Assembly: GCA_002633005.1 (NCBI GenBank)
Contig: NMRA01000163.1
Location: forward strand, 581,614-645,613
DNA: 64,000 nucleotides
Reading direction: 5' to 3'
Source of the DNA: Phoronis australis
Lineage: Eukaryota; Animalia; Phoronida
Both the position numbers and the translations under genes were made by a program. Every line of letters begins with the position of its first letter. Position 1 is the first letter of the stretch. Under the pieces are notes generated by a model, which saw only the letters and a program-made list of their open reading frames with translations, searched no databases and was not told the DNA's origin. Shown one piece after another: positions 12,690 through 25,551 of the stretch.

Positions 12690-15220
12690 AGGTGAAGGTG
12701 ATGGGGACATAGTAATCGATGGACATCATTTTGTCCAACAGTGCAACTCCTAAATGATTTCCACAAAACTTAAGAAAGTATGCTTATGTAGGGTCATAGT
12801 GCATATCATCTGCATTTTATGATTCGACACTATTTTCCTGAGTTTTGCCCATTTTTGATTTTCACACATCCATGTTCTAGGGAGATGCTCTTCTGTTCTT
12901 TTACATTCCATGGGTGATATTTATCAAACCTTTTAACAAGAGCGCTCGGAGGAGCGACACTGGGCGGAATTAATCGAAAAGACGACGATGGGGAGGACGA
13001 CGACAATCATGACGATCAAGGCGGCAATTATGAATAACACGATAACATTCATGTGACTAGCGAAAAAATCAAATAGAGAGCATACAATCAACTACAATAA
13101 AGAACAATAGATGGCGCAACATGACGGACGAGCCACGCTTTGTTCCCACATTCCAAAATAGGTGGCACTATGTGACAGTGTGCAGAGCAAAGTTATGTTT
13201 ACAATAAGTATTTGGCCTGGAATTCCAGTCTACAGTAGGACAGTGCTGGCTGGGTCAGTCGGGGTCAAATGGGCATAACCAAAACAAAGTGAACTGAAAG
13301 CCAGCCAGCTGCGTGCTTGCATAGGTGACCGAAGGAACAATGGTATCCGAAAATCTCAAATAAGTCGTAGTGCAAAATGGAAAGTATCTTCTGGAAGCCC
13401 GTTCAAAACTCTATCTAAAGTGATAATTTGGCAAAAATCAAAAAAAAATTCGAAAAAATTGAAAATTTGCCGTTTTTTTTGAAATTCAAAGTCCAATAAC
13501 TCAAAAACGGTAAGTCTGAGAAATACGCTCTCGCAGACTTTTTGAAAGGCCATGCTTCAACGAATCCACATGCAAAAATTCACGTCATTTGCTCTTCCCG
13601 TTAAAAATGCGACACCAGAACGATTGAAACCGTGTGAACATGCGCCACAGCCGCCATCTTGAAAGTGACTTCCAGTTCAATAAACTTTTATAAAACCTTA
13701 TTTAACTCAACAAACACGTGACCAGTTTGAAAGTGATTTTTTCGCAAATGCGCCCTCTATAGGAGAAAACATTTTTGGCCATATTTCGGCGTGCGCATGC
13801 GCCACTTCCAATATTTCCGCCATATTTGACCGGAAGTCAACGATTTTCGGTACAGTTGTACCACATGTGCTCTATAATAATCGTACCACATTTCAGCCCT
13901 GTACGTTGAAAAATGCGGCCTCTACGAACACTTGACTGTGAAATCGGATACAAAATGGCCGCCACATCCGCCATTTTGAATTCGATCATGACCAAAAACA
14001 ATAGGCTTCCAGGACATTCTGATCTACACGTTGTGTGCAAAATTTCGTGAGAATCGGACGAAAATTGCGACCTGTAGAGTGCGAACAAAAAAAAAACTTG
14101 ACGACAGCAACATACTTGTCGGAATTTGAAGAATTCCGCCAAGTAAAAAGAATGCTTACGAAGGACCATAGTGTATACAGTGAACCTTTTGCAAATCAAC
14201 CATATTTTCCTGGATTTTGTCCTATTCTTGTTGTTCACATCTCTTTGTAGGGAGGTCCCCTACAACTTAAGTAGGATTTTAACCAAAATTTCAAGAAAGA
14301 GTACTTGCAAAGTGACCTGCATATAGTTGAAATTTCACGATTTGAATAGATTTTCTTAAAATTTACCCATTTTTGATTTTCTCGCATTCATGAATGGCTG
14401 AATATTCATCTGTGTGCCACTACCCCTACTGTTCATTTCTCATGAGACTTTGAAAAAATGTTAAAAGAATTATGCTTACAAAGTGCCGTAATGTATATTG
14501 TCTACATTGTGTAATTTGACCATCATTCCATTATTTTGCCCACACCGGATTTTCATGCGTCCAGGTAGGGAAATGTTCTTCTGTTCATAACTCCTACGTT
14601 TCAGTGGAGGATTTCGACCAAACCTTAAAAGAATACACTATGAATTACCATCACGTATCGCCAGCTTTTTGTTACGTATTTGGCCATTTTCTGGAAAAGC
14701 TTTTCAGTGCCCAACTCCTACATTTTTTAGAGTTCAGAAAAGTATGCTTGGGAGCTGCCATTGCACGTATCATTAGCATTTTGTTATTTGACTTTTGATT
14801 ATCTGGAATGTGAGCCTGTGCTTAGGTTTGCACACTCCCATATAGGAATCCTCCTGTGAGCACAACTCTTTCTGCATTTTATTGTAGATTTTATCCAAAC
14901 TTTCAAAAATTATACTTACACAGAGCATTATTTATTATTCGATATTTTGTGAGTAGACCATATTTTCACGAATTTTGACGACTTGCGTAACATGTCGGCG
15001 TAGAAGGAATGGCTGTCCTGTGTGTAACTCCTTCTTCATTTCAAATGGGATTTTGACCAATCTTTTAAATAAAAAATATGCTTGTGAAATGTTGTATCAC
15101 AAGTTTTCAGCATTTTCTGATTTGACCATATTTTCCTGAATTTTGTTCTGTTCTTGATTTTCATGCATACTTGTGTGGAAACGCTCTACATTTCTTAGGA
15201 GAGTTTACCAAAGTTTTTAA
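12690..15220. repeat. Degenerate satellite-like tandem array (~150-200 bp units), interrupted by an insertion at 12935-14149
   Basis: Recurring blocks (aactcct...ttt.accaaa.tt...tatgctta...gaccatattttc...ttgattttc.cgcat.ca). The unit resumes exactly across the insertion (caaacctttt|aa...aaagaatgcttacg). Confidence 0.6.
12935..14149 (-). mobile_element. Apparently complete HINE/DINE-1-like (Helentron-type) non-autonomous element, ~1.2 kb
   Basis: Minus strand: 5' TTTTTA, then subTIR acttggcggaatt with an adjacent hairpin. At the 3' end: inverted subTIR aattccgcccagt (12/13 match), stem-loop cgctc-ctcc-gagcg, and terminal ctcttgtt. Inserted in a T/A run with no TSD. Confidence 0.7.
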
Positions 15221-16546
15221 ACAAAAATCACCACAGTGGCACCCCATTGGGTCCATGCAAATGCACCAATAAGCTTACCTCTGAAACCACAAGTACACCA
15301 GTCCAGTACCTTCAAAGAAACAATCCCACAGCAGCTGATGTCTCTATTCTTGTGTAATCCCAAAAGTAACTCTTCCCAATTATTTACAGTTAACAGTTTG
15401 TAAACTTTTCTGTTCTATTGCACGGAAAGCAATCCACCACCAGTATTCCACATGAAGAAGTCTGTCCAAAACACAGCATAGACTAATTACCTTTGGTCAA
15501 ACACCAGCTGTTGGAAGTTGAAGTGTGTAAATTTGTATCACTTTTGATTTCTGGATGTGAAGTGTGCTTGGATTTACTCAATTCCAGTTTTAGTAAGTAG
15601 AATCAATCATTAGACAAAGTTGTAGTCATAGCTAAGATGTTAGTTGGGTTAAAATGTGACTGGTGTCTGGTTTTCATTCTAGATTACATTTTGGTGGAAG
15701 GCAGTTCATGCTGGATGTGGACGTTGTGGAAATTCTGGATCCCTTGATCATCCAACCAAGGAACAAGTTTCTTAGTGTAACACAATATCCTATTGAATTC
15801 AGTGGTCCACATGACCTTTGAGGCCATGTCTCTAATTCCTAAAGATACCTCAGTTGCGTCAATTGGTGTTTCATTCAGTAGAGGTTATTGAAACTTTCAT
15901 TTCGTTGCACATATTTAATTGGGGTTTCCCTCACACGTTCACCTTTGGTGTGGTTCTTGTATACCTAGGCCTCAAAATCCCGCTCGCCAGGTGGGCGACT
16001 GAGCCAGAAAATCAAGTCACCCAGCCTAAAATTAAGTTGCCCGTTTTTGCGTTGGTCGCAACAGACAGTCTGGCCGTCTGAAAATTCAAGAATCACCAGA
16101 AAGACGGCATAATTAATCATGTGCGAAAGTCAGAATTAATTTGGTGTCATACAAGGTACACATGTTTCAGTACAACTTTTGTACTCTGTAACATGTCAGT
16201 GGTCAGTTCTTTGTTTGCACTTTCCTTTTTAACTTTTGGTCTTTTTTGTTTTTCATGTGTTTCAGGGTAACATTACATTCAAAGCATTGTCTGCCAATCA
16301 ATTTGGACAAACATGGTTCCTGTTTGACTTTAATTTGTGGCAGAATGTGTTACTGTGCATTTTCCCATATGCCACATAATTGTTGACATCTTAGGTTGTA
16401 GAATGTGGTCAAGTAGGGACAAGTGATAGAGCTACATGTACATGTGTGATTGCAAATCTGAATGAATGTGGGACACCATAAATCGTCTCATACAATTTTA
16501 ATTAGTTGTTCTCTTCTTTTTGCTGAATTGAACCAAAACCCAGTAT

Positions 16547-16813
16547 TTTGCAAGCAGTTTATCCCGTTCAATCTGGCATCTTTTTGGTCACATCACGTGA
16601 CCTAATGAATATAAGTCCGAAAAGGTTTCTGCCCCCGACTGGGACTCGAACCCAGGACCTTCTGCTCACCTGAGTTCGAGTCCCCGTCGGGGGCAAAAAT
16701 CTTTTCGGACTTATATTCGTTAGGTCATGTGTTCAACCAAAGATGGTGGATTGAACGGATAAACTGCTTACAACATATTCCACACCTCGGCTGAATAAGA
16801 TATATATATATAC
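16547..16813. mobile_element. Palindromic (foldback) element built from two inverted tRNA-like 3' halves, with a (TA)n tail and an 11-bp flanking direct repeat
   Basis: Arms ~16547-16656 and ~16668-16775 are reverse complements. Each contains a B-box-like GTTCGAGTCCC. aaacccagtat occurs at 16536-16546 and 16814-16824. Confidence 0.7.
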
Positions 16814-19609
16814 AAACCCAGTATGGCTGTGCAAAATGCTCTGGAAAATTCGTTCCATAGTATGTTATTTTAGTTAGGCAAGTAGTGTTTTCAGGATATT
16901 TAACCAAGAAATAGTCTGGGAATTTGTGTTTTTAAGTGGAAGTCGTCTCTGGTAGGCATACCAGTTGCTGTAGTTTAGTCTCGAATTGGCTGTAGAATGC
17001 CCCAACAATGCCTTTAAATTCGTGTTTATGACTGATGCTGTAATAACAAAACGGGTCTACCTGTCAGTTTCCAAAAATTAGCCCTGATGAGCTAGACTGG
17101 ACTTGCAGTCTCTACAATCAGTTTGGAAACTGACTGAACTCAGCAGCGAGGAAACTGGAGCGTTTCATAGTGTAATGGCTGTGTATGATTGGCATCGCTC
17201 AGGTTCCGCCAGGTCAACCAGCTAAGACATATGATTGTTCATAGCGGTGACATCATGCTTACAAACCAGTCAGATGCTGGTTGACCTGGATGAACCAGTG
17301 AAGTTGTTGAAATGCAGCTAATGTCACACTTCATGTTTTTCTCTACTATAGTCATAACTTTGAAACTCCCATAGTTGTTTAACGAATATACTCTTTTCTG
17401 TGTTCAAGTAATTCTCATGTTAGATGGTACAACTCCGTCTATTGGTAGTTAATGGCAGTGATATTAAGTCAAATACCGAATTATATGTTTATCGAAAGTT
17501 GCTTACCCTAAATTCGAACAGAATTGTGCACTTGACAACAATCTTCTACTGTGTCCACATTGTAAGAATTAGAGGTGTGTTTAATAAATTGGAACTTCTT
17601 CAAAAATGTGTGTACCAGGGAGGGAATTTGAGATTGTTCTTTTAAAGGGGAGTTTGAAATGTTGATTTTATAAAAAATTCTATATTGAACGTTGATGATA
17701 AGAAATTCTATATTGAACGGTCAGAATTCATGACTTGATTCATAACATTTGAATATAAAGTTTTCCCACGCATTAGTGTCATTGTGTATTTCAGATGTTA
17801 CCTGTCATGTTTTGCACAGGTATCATTCCCGTTGGTGCCTTTTTGGTTATGCATTCAGCATCCGTTTTCATTTGTAGCACATCCGGACATTGTGGTAGTG
17901 CAATCATAGTTTAAAATTTGAAGTTTGTTTTTAATAATCTATGTGTAGTAAGCAAGAGAAACAATAACCAGTATCCAATATACATCAATTCTATTCTCTA
18001 TTAACTAGACCACAAGTTATGATACAAAACAAAGTGTGGTTATCCTCATGGACTACCGCCATATCAGAACCAATAGCAAATACGTGGTCTAGTAAGTTGC
18101 AACCATGATGGATACGAAAGAAATTCTAAATGCATCTTTGCCAAGAATTTCCCCTTTTAATACATAAACCATTAAAATATCTTACCCAGGAACCTTTATC
18201 ATTTCAACTGAGCTTTACGAAAAATCGGATCGTGCAGTTTACAAATCTTCATTGGTCTCCCCCAGCCTCTTTTGAGAACACCAGTGCGCAAAGAGTATAG
18301 TATTAAAATGGGAAGACTGTCATTATGTGCTCCAGTGTAGAACCAATGTTGGGGTATGCATCTGGTGTGTGATGTTACGAACATTAAACTAGTTCCGTGA
18401 ACATTTAAAATAGATCGAGCTATGTGTTTTTATTTATGGGTAACGGGTTTACGCTTGCTCATGCTATCTGTGGTGGTATGCGGTGGCCCGGCAGAAAGCA
18501 GGCTTATGGGCATATAATTGTTATTTTTTTAGTATTACCCCATAGTGTGAATCTCCAATTTTATTCTTGCCAATAGATGTCTCCTTGTATGTCTCTTGTA
18601 ACACTGACAACACGGTTGTATTTGTGTATTGAATGGTTAGCCTGTAGATTTACTAGCTGCCATACAGGGATATGCCGAGTTGCTGTATGTAATCTAGGTA
18701 GTGTGGTTAATTTTTGACTAAGCACTTAGCCACGGTAATTCCGTAGTTTTTATTTAGTAGCCTACTTCCTGAGAATTAAGATTACAGGTTCTAGCTTGGA
18801 CGCTCTTGACGGCCAATATCCGTATAATTGACGAGGCTTTAGCTAGGGAGCCCTGGGCCGGAAAGGCGGGAGCTCTGATGAACAGAGGTCGGTCACGTGA
18901 CATAATTTTACGACGTGTTATTCAAGTCACAAGCACGTGCACGTGCATGGTGGTAAAAATATAATTTCATTTCGCATTACATCACTCAAGAGTTCAAGTT
19001 GATCTAGGCTACATGTACTTTGATAAGGACAGTTGTCAGTACGTGGCGGAAATGCCATGGTCCCTCTAAACTTTTAGCCACCGTGACGATTTCGTAGACC
19101 CAAGTCCCAGACCAATAAACACTCGTGAGCACTAGCGGGAAGACTTCTGTTCCGGTGCGCCCGCTCCCAAACTCCAAACGCGCCTAAACTATCCCCTACC
19201 CGGTGACCAAACTCCGTATGCGGGCCATTATGTACGGGGCACTGAACAATTAAATTCTTAAAACTGCAAAGTGTTTTTCTATCGAAGTTAGTGCTTTGTG
19301 ATTGCAAAAGAACAAGTCAGAAAAGTTCACTTCAGTCGAAGGCAAGATCGCCGACGAGAGCATTGCTTCATGTAGGGACTAAAAATTATCGCGAACAGCT
19401 CGTCACTTATTTGTGTCATATAGATCGCACATGTTTCTAAGTAAACAGGGGTTTGTAAGAAAACTATATTGCCGTCGACTTAATGCCTGCGCCCATATTA
19501 TACCGGTATACAATTAATGTCGCTACTGAAACAGGAACAAAACACGTTGACAGCGACAGATCGTCATATCAATATGCGGCTCAATAAATTTTAACATAGC
19601 TTAATTACA

Positions 19610-19967
19610 GGAAGTTGAAGGCAACCGCGTTTCTCCGAGCCTATAGGCCTAGTGATCTGCCTCCCGTTCATTAACGCTAGGACCTCGCTAAAAAGCAAGA
19701 CTTCGCGAGATTACGAGAGATATTGCCGTGTATTTTTAATTAGAACACGTGACTTTGGCTAAATTTTAGCTAGGGCCTAGCTTACGTAGGTCCTAGCGTT
19801 AGTGAACGCACGCCAGTAATGAGTGCTTCGCGCAAGGAGAAGCAGGCCTACTCCGAAGTCCTGTGAGAGCGAACGCGGCAAGTCTTCGGTCTTGCAGCGA
19901 GCGAGCGAACATTATACAGATAAGGTTCGTGTATTGCATTTCAGTCAGTACCGAATCAACCACAATT
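19610..19967 (+). repeat. ~358-bp near-identical direct repeat, copy 1 (contains a ~144-bp MITE-like inverted repeat at 19665-19808)
   Basis: Matches 22263-22623 with only a few differences. Internal IR cgttcattaacgctaggacct / aggtcctagcgttagtgaacg (20/21). Confidence 0.9.
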
Positions 19968-20613
19968 TAAAAGGGAACTGTATTTTATTCTGAATAAATT
20001 CTGGATAGTTTTCTATGAATTGGTGATTAATTTCACAAATAATTCAACACGAAAAATTAAACTTATGTTCTCTAACGAAGCTCAAAAAATTACCGGCTTA
20101 GAGCGCTGCTTAGTCTCGTGACGTATTTGGCGGGGGCAAAGTCACTGTCCTGTGTTAGCGTGCAATCAAGTAGCGTTTTTATATTGTCGGAATAAGAAAT
20201 TTTAGTGTGAAATTTCGGGTCACAAGGGATACCTGTTTGAGCCAAGGCAACACAAAGTGATACCTAGTCATCGTCATCGTCAGACGAAAATTTGCCGGTG
20301 TAACTGGTGTCAGTGACTGTGCCGAGGGCAATGTGGACTCTAGCCATCCAGTCAGCCAGTTGTCAGCCAATACTCCGGCAGCTCTGTAAACCTGAAGGGT
20401 TGGTAAGTTACCGACTGTACCTGTATGAAGACTATCGTACCACTGTTTGTTGAGCTCCGTTAACCCCGAAATTTCAGACAGCCATTGACTACCCGGGTAT
20501 AGTTGACTCAGTTATGCTCGTCACCTCGTCGTAAAACTTAGGCTACATCAACATATAAAGCTAACGGACCGGCGGGGGCGCATGCAAAATCTGATATAGT
20601 CACCCGACACTTC

Positions 20614-20809
20614 NNNNNNNNNNNNNNNNNNNNNNNNNNNNNNNNNNNNNNNNNNNNNNNNNNNNNNNNNNNNNNNNNNNNNNNNNNNNNNNNNNNNNNN
20701 NNNNNNNNNNNNNNNNNNNNNNNNNNNNNNNNNNNNNNNNNNNNNNNNNNNNNNNNNNNNNNNNNNNNNNNNNNNNNNNNNNNNNNNNNNNNNNNNNNNN
20801 NNNNNNNNN
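20614..20809. other. Assembly gap (196 N)
   Basis: Run of N. Confidence 1.
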
Positions 20810-21228
20810 AAAAAGTCCTTAACTCAGTATGTTACCACTAAATTACACAAAGTCTGCCAGACACAACTTTTTGAAAAAGACATACTTTTTATCATCAGGG
20901 GCACCCAAAGGACACTGGTTCAAATGTGGTCAGGAATATCCCTGTTTATGCAATACCAGTCTGAGGGAGGTGCACACAGATTTTACTTGGGACTTAGAAC
21001 AGTTGAAGCTGGCAGCCTAGGCTTGGCAAAATTTAAGTGTCCAACCTTTATGTTTAAAATATGGTTAACTTATTGGTCATCGGGAAATTCTTCCGCCCCT
21101 GTTGTAAATCACAGGCATCCTCAACTTCTGATCATCCTTAATAATATAGGCCTACCACAAGGCATGACACTCGGAACTGGTAATTCCATGAGTGCTTCAC
21201 TTCACACAAAAATCGAGTGTACGACCTT

Positions 21229-21340
21229 TTTGTATTATAGTGTATTTGGAGCGGTCAGACTCAGAGGCTGATGACGCCTGTGGTTTTACTCAGACGTCCT
21301 CAGCTTCTGGTCGTACCCAATACACTATACATATATACAA
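21229..21340. mobile_element. Small hairpin MITE-like element
   Basis: Inverted arms tatagtgtatt..agaggctgatgacgcctg / cagacgtcctcagcttct..aatacactata. Confidence 0.5.
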
Positions 21341-21499
21341 CACAGTATGACACTCAGGACTAAAAAAATCATGTGTGCTTCACTGGGTCACTACAGCTGT
21401 CAATATCAAAGGCGAAACTCAATGAATTTACACAAAACAAGGGTTCCGCAATAGCCGGCAAACCATGATCAATTCAAAGGTGTCCTCATCCTCTGTATA

Positions 21500-21664
21500 T
21501 AAATACTACAAGGTATGACACTCGGGACAAGGAATTCCACGGGTGGTTCACTACCAGGAGAAAGATATATTGCTCGTTGTTTGTTGGACCCCTGTTTTGT
21601 GTACATTTATTGAGTTTTGTATCTGATATGGGCGAATCCCGAGTGTCATATCTTGTAGTATATT
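21500..21664. mobile_element. MITE with ~27-bp TIRs
   Basis: aatactacaaggtatgacactcggga ... tcccgagtgtcatatcttgtagtatatt. Partial copies of the same end lie at ~21155 and ~21340. Confidence 0.6.
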
Positions 21665-22262
21665 GTGTGCCCAATTTGTATTGGCCATTGGCCTGATTGG
21701 CGATCAGAAGCTGAGAACGTCTGTGGTATAAATCATGTTTTGTATACTCTTACAGACACTGGCATGACATGCAAAGTGAAAAAATATGAAACTTACCAGA
21801 AATCTGAAGTTCACTGTGAAAATCCTTCACTATTCTGTTACACACGTTGGTTTCAAACTCTAAACAACTCAAGTGTTCTTCAACGGAAATTTCAAAATGG
21901 CGGTTTTTTTCATGAAGGTCACCTGGTGGAAAGTTTTCTTTAAACAATAAAATTACACTGTAATACAGCTGCTGGTAATTGATTTTTTATGAAAATTGAA
22001 AAGTTTTATTGTCACACATCTGATTTTTTAAAAAAAATCAAAAGTTTTAGCCTTCCTGTGGGCAAGCCTCTAACTGCCCTCTTGTGTTCAAGTCTGTGTT
22101 TACCGGTCCAATACCGGCGAGCCGCTAAGGGAAAGTTCACTGGGTTAGTGTCGTGGGGACGGTACTGGGCCATTCGTGGCCCAGAAACGTAAACCGGTAT
22201 ACGGTACAAGCGTTATCAAGCAACAGAAATACAGTACTGGGCCAATACTGTCATGTTTACTG

Positions 22263-22623
22263 GGAAGTTGAAGGCAACCGCGTTTCTCTGAGCCTATAGG
22301 CCTAGTGATCCGATGCCTCCCGTTCATTAACGCTAGGACCTCGCTAAAAAGCAAGACTTCGCGAGATTACGAGAGATATTGCCGTGTATTTTTAATTAGA
22401 ACACGTGACTTTGGCTAAATTTTAGCTAGGGCCTAGCGTACGTAGGTCCTAGCGTTAGTGAACGCACGCCAGTAATGAGTGCTTCGCGCAAGGAGAAGCA
22501 CGCCTACTCCGAAGTCCTGTGAGAGCGAACGCGGCAAGTCTTCGGTCTTGCAGCGAGCGAGCGAACATTATACAGATAAGGTTCGTGTATTGCATTTCAG
22601 TCAGTACCGAATCAACCACAATT
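22263..22623 (+). repeat. ~360-bp near-identical direct repeat, copy 2
   Basis: Matches 19610-19967. Confidence 0.9.
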
Positions 22624-23088
22624 AAAGTTAACGAAATCAAAGGTTCAGGTCCTTAACGGGTTTAGCGCTGTTGTGAGGAGACGGGGCGGAGCAACCGACA
22701 TCCGCGCATATAGGCCCTAGAATCGTCATGCCGACGTTGTTTTTCTGGTGGCACCTGTTAACGTGAGGCGGGCGCCTGCCCTCAAATCCCAGTAGCCAAT
22801 TAAGCCCCCTTATTATTCAATTTCCTTCATTGCAGTTAAAATGTAAGGCTCCCCACCAAACAGTTATGGTGGCCTCACTTGCGGCGAAATGGGGCACACT
22901 GGCATCAGGTAGAGGAGGGATATAGTCTCGAACTCATTGAGAGTCTGGGTGTGGACAAATCTCGAAAGCGAGACCATTTGGTAAGATGTTTAAAACATAA
23001 GCCTGACAAAGCCTCTCTGATTACATAGAGGGTTCTTCGAATGAACGCTGTCTTTTCACACGAAGCTCCGATCTGATTTATATGTAGG

Positions 23089-23252
23089 CAGTGGCGGATT
23101 TAGAGGGGGGCCAAGGGGGCCATGGCCCCCTCTAAAATTACCCCAGCTTACATTTAGCAGTTCGGGGGTGCAAATGTCTGACTGGCAAACTACTGGCCAA
23201 TACTCTGCCCTGCCGCCCCCCCCTCCAACTCAAAATCCTGGATCCGCCCCCG
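23089..23252 (+). mobile_element. CAGTGGCGGA-type non-autonomous DNA transposon (MITE)
   Basis: Ends cagtggcggattt / ggatccgcccccg, G/C-run subtermini, flanked by gtagg on both sides. Relatives at 47672-47799, 60785-61091 and from 63700. Confidence 0.7.
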
Positions 23253-24251
23253 GTAGGCCTATATATCAACATTTCAAGTTGTCTCTTATATCTCTCATTT
23301 GCTTTAATTTTGCTGAGACAAATACTAATCAATTGCCCGGCGCTGGATAATTTCAATTACTCGCTGTTCCATTCTGAATTAAATTCAATGGATACAACCG
23401 TGACGAAGAAGCTCAATTGTACTGTAAACCAAAACAGGTTTTCTGCTGGAACATTTTAATCAGCGTGATCACATTGAGTCCACGTGTGTCATCTGGATTA
23501 TCACTCAAGTTACACCAGCTTCATGTACTAAAGGTAAACGTTTTTTTACGTTCAAGTGATTTTGAGCAGCATTTCGCACTGATAAGCTGGCTAAAGAGAT
23601 AAAATAGAATTACACGCTCACGTCACAGGCAATGCGCAAATCGAATTTGCACTTGGGTTGCAGGGCCAACACAAATATACTCGGAAGGGCTTTCTTGAGT
23701 CGCTGATGTTTTCAAAATTGATGTTCTTGTTGGCAACGGGCATAGAATCCTGTCACTCTAAGAAGTATTATGAGGCCGATCGTATGAGAGTAAAAGGCCA
23801 AATTCGATTTTTGTGTTTAGACAGCTACGCAGCGCAATATTCACATTTATATAAGCTTTATTTAAGAAGTTAACGTTTTAAACACGGATGTGAGTTGGGT
23901 AAAATCGCCAATCCAAATCCCGACGAAATGACCATGATTAGCAGACGACGTACTTGCCAGAAGTAAAGCGTGCTATATCTGCCTCTCGTCGCTAATGAAT
24001 AATGACGTCACAGCTTATGCGTAAGATCACAGATTTCGCCCATGGACTATGATCAGATGAAAATAAAAACCATGCATTTACAATATTGATTGGCGCAACT
24101 TCATCGAACATAAGGCCAGATTATAAACGCGGGGTGTGATCTACATACCCACCACTCACCATGTCACTTGAGCATTAGAATACAAGGCCTGTTTCTATTT
24201 TTGAATATCCGTCATAAAGATTACAAAAAGGAACAGCGAACAATTTAAATC

Positions 24252-24422
24252 ATGGATCTGCCATTGAACCAATTACAAAAAGCGGAAGCAATAAGCCTAA
24301 AGGATAACTTGAAATTTTGAAGCGCGCTAACATACCAGATGGATCTGCCATCGAACCAATTACAGAAAGCGGGAGCAATAAGCCTACAGGATAATTTGAA
24401 ATTTTGAAATGCGCTTACATAC
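24252..24422 (+). repeat. Tandem duplication of ~88 bp upstream of GSS copy B
   Basis: atggatctgcca(t/c)tgaaccaattaca.aaagcgg.agcaataagccta.aggataa.ttgaaattttgaa..gcgct.acatac, twice. Confidence 0.8.
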
Positions 24423-25463
24423 ATGTAGCAGATGGAAGCTAAGTGTAGTAAAAAGCGATTAGAACAAATAGCCCCGTTTAGAGTTGTTCAACAGGCTTTA
24501 ATGCTAAATTGGAGCAAGATGAGAGACTACTGACTTGGTTCCTCAGAGAGGAATTAACTATTTTTTGCAGGTTTGGCCTGCAGTGTTTCTGGGCCAACAA
24601 TTGAATAACTGGACGACCGACTAATTGTGCAAAGCAACACGCCTGCATTAAAAGGAAGAATACTACTAATAATAAATTACAGGTCAATGGACAGTTGTAC
24701 CAGGGTCGTCGGGGTAGTCAAGTGCGAGGTACATGCCATCGTTTTCTACTGAAACTATTTTTGATAAAGTGGGTGAGATGATTTAAACTCTGATTAACTG
24801 AGCGTTATTTTATGCAAGTGCATGTGTTGTAACAACTGGTCGCTTGATAAATCACTTACGTCTGAGAACACATTTTTACATTCGAGAAGTTGCAAAATCT
24901 ATTTCCAACGCCTGAAAGTAAGATTAAAAATTGATTCACTGAAACTGTGTTACCGCTATTCAAATTTTAACTTATTGGAGCGGGTTAATCAGTTTTCGAA
25001 CACAGAGAATATTTAATTGGCTTACAAAAGCCGGGTGATAGGGGTAAAATCCGCAAATGTTTTGTTCATGATATTAACTGCACCAATCTCTTGTTTCATA
25101 GAAGCACACAAAGTGTTTGCTCGGGGAACTTCTAATCACATGCTGGCGATAAATATTCATGTAGCTTGAATACGCTACACTTTCATTCATCCAGTCACAT
25201 ACAGTTGCTAGTAGGAGGCACACTGAAGGATAGAAATTCAGTCATAACAAGAAAGCAATTTGTCGAAAAGCGTTACTAAACTGGTCACTACTGCTAGTGC
25301 TGTATGTACTGTATTTGTCGCCGCGGTTGCATTTTTGCTCAGAACTTGCGCGGTCGACGTGTTACTCTTGCAGGGCTCGTTTGATTTCCAGTGAGGATAT
25401 CTCACTGTTGACAGGTCGATGTAATTGAAATTCACTCGTTTATTCCAGAGATTGGGCAATGCT

Positions 25464-25551
25464 ATGAGCGCAATGTCGTGGATGGAGAACCTTAGTGAAC
25501 AACAGATTGAGGAGATCGGTTCGTTTGCAAGAGACTGGGCGTTTCTTCATG
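25464..25551 (+). CDS. GSS: GSS-like copy B exon 1 (MSAMSWMENLSEQQIEEIGSFARDWAFLH)
   Basis: A.DWA..HG N-terminal GSS motif; donor G|gttagt. An acceptor-like ttattccag at 25448 suggests an upstream non-coding exon. Confidence 0.88.

Noticed and set aside
13837-14250. 133-aa and 71-aa ORFs
   Set aside because: They lie within the non-coding HINE/satellite repeat and have no domain similarity.
17063-17135. CTGATGAG...GAAAC as a hammerhead ribozyme
   Set aside because: GAAA does not directly follow stem II (about 14 extra nt). The segment is better explained by the inverted repeat gtcagtttccaaa/tttggaaactgac of a small MITE-like relic.
19610-22623. LTR retrotransposon bounded by the 360-bp repeats
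   Set aside because: No TG..CA termini, PBS/PPT, TSD or gag/pol remnants in the interior.
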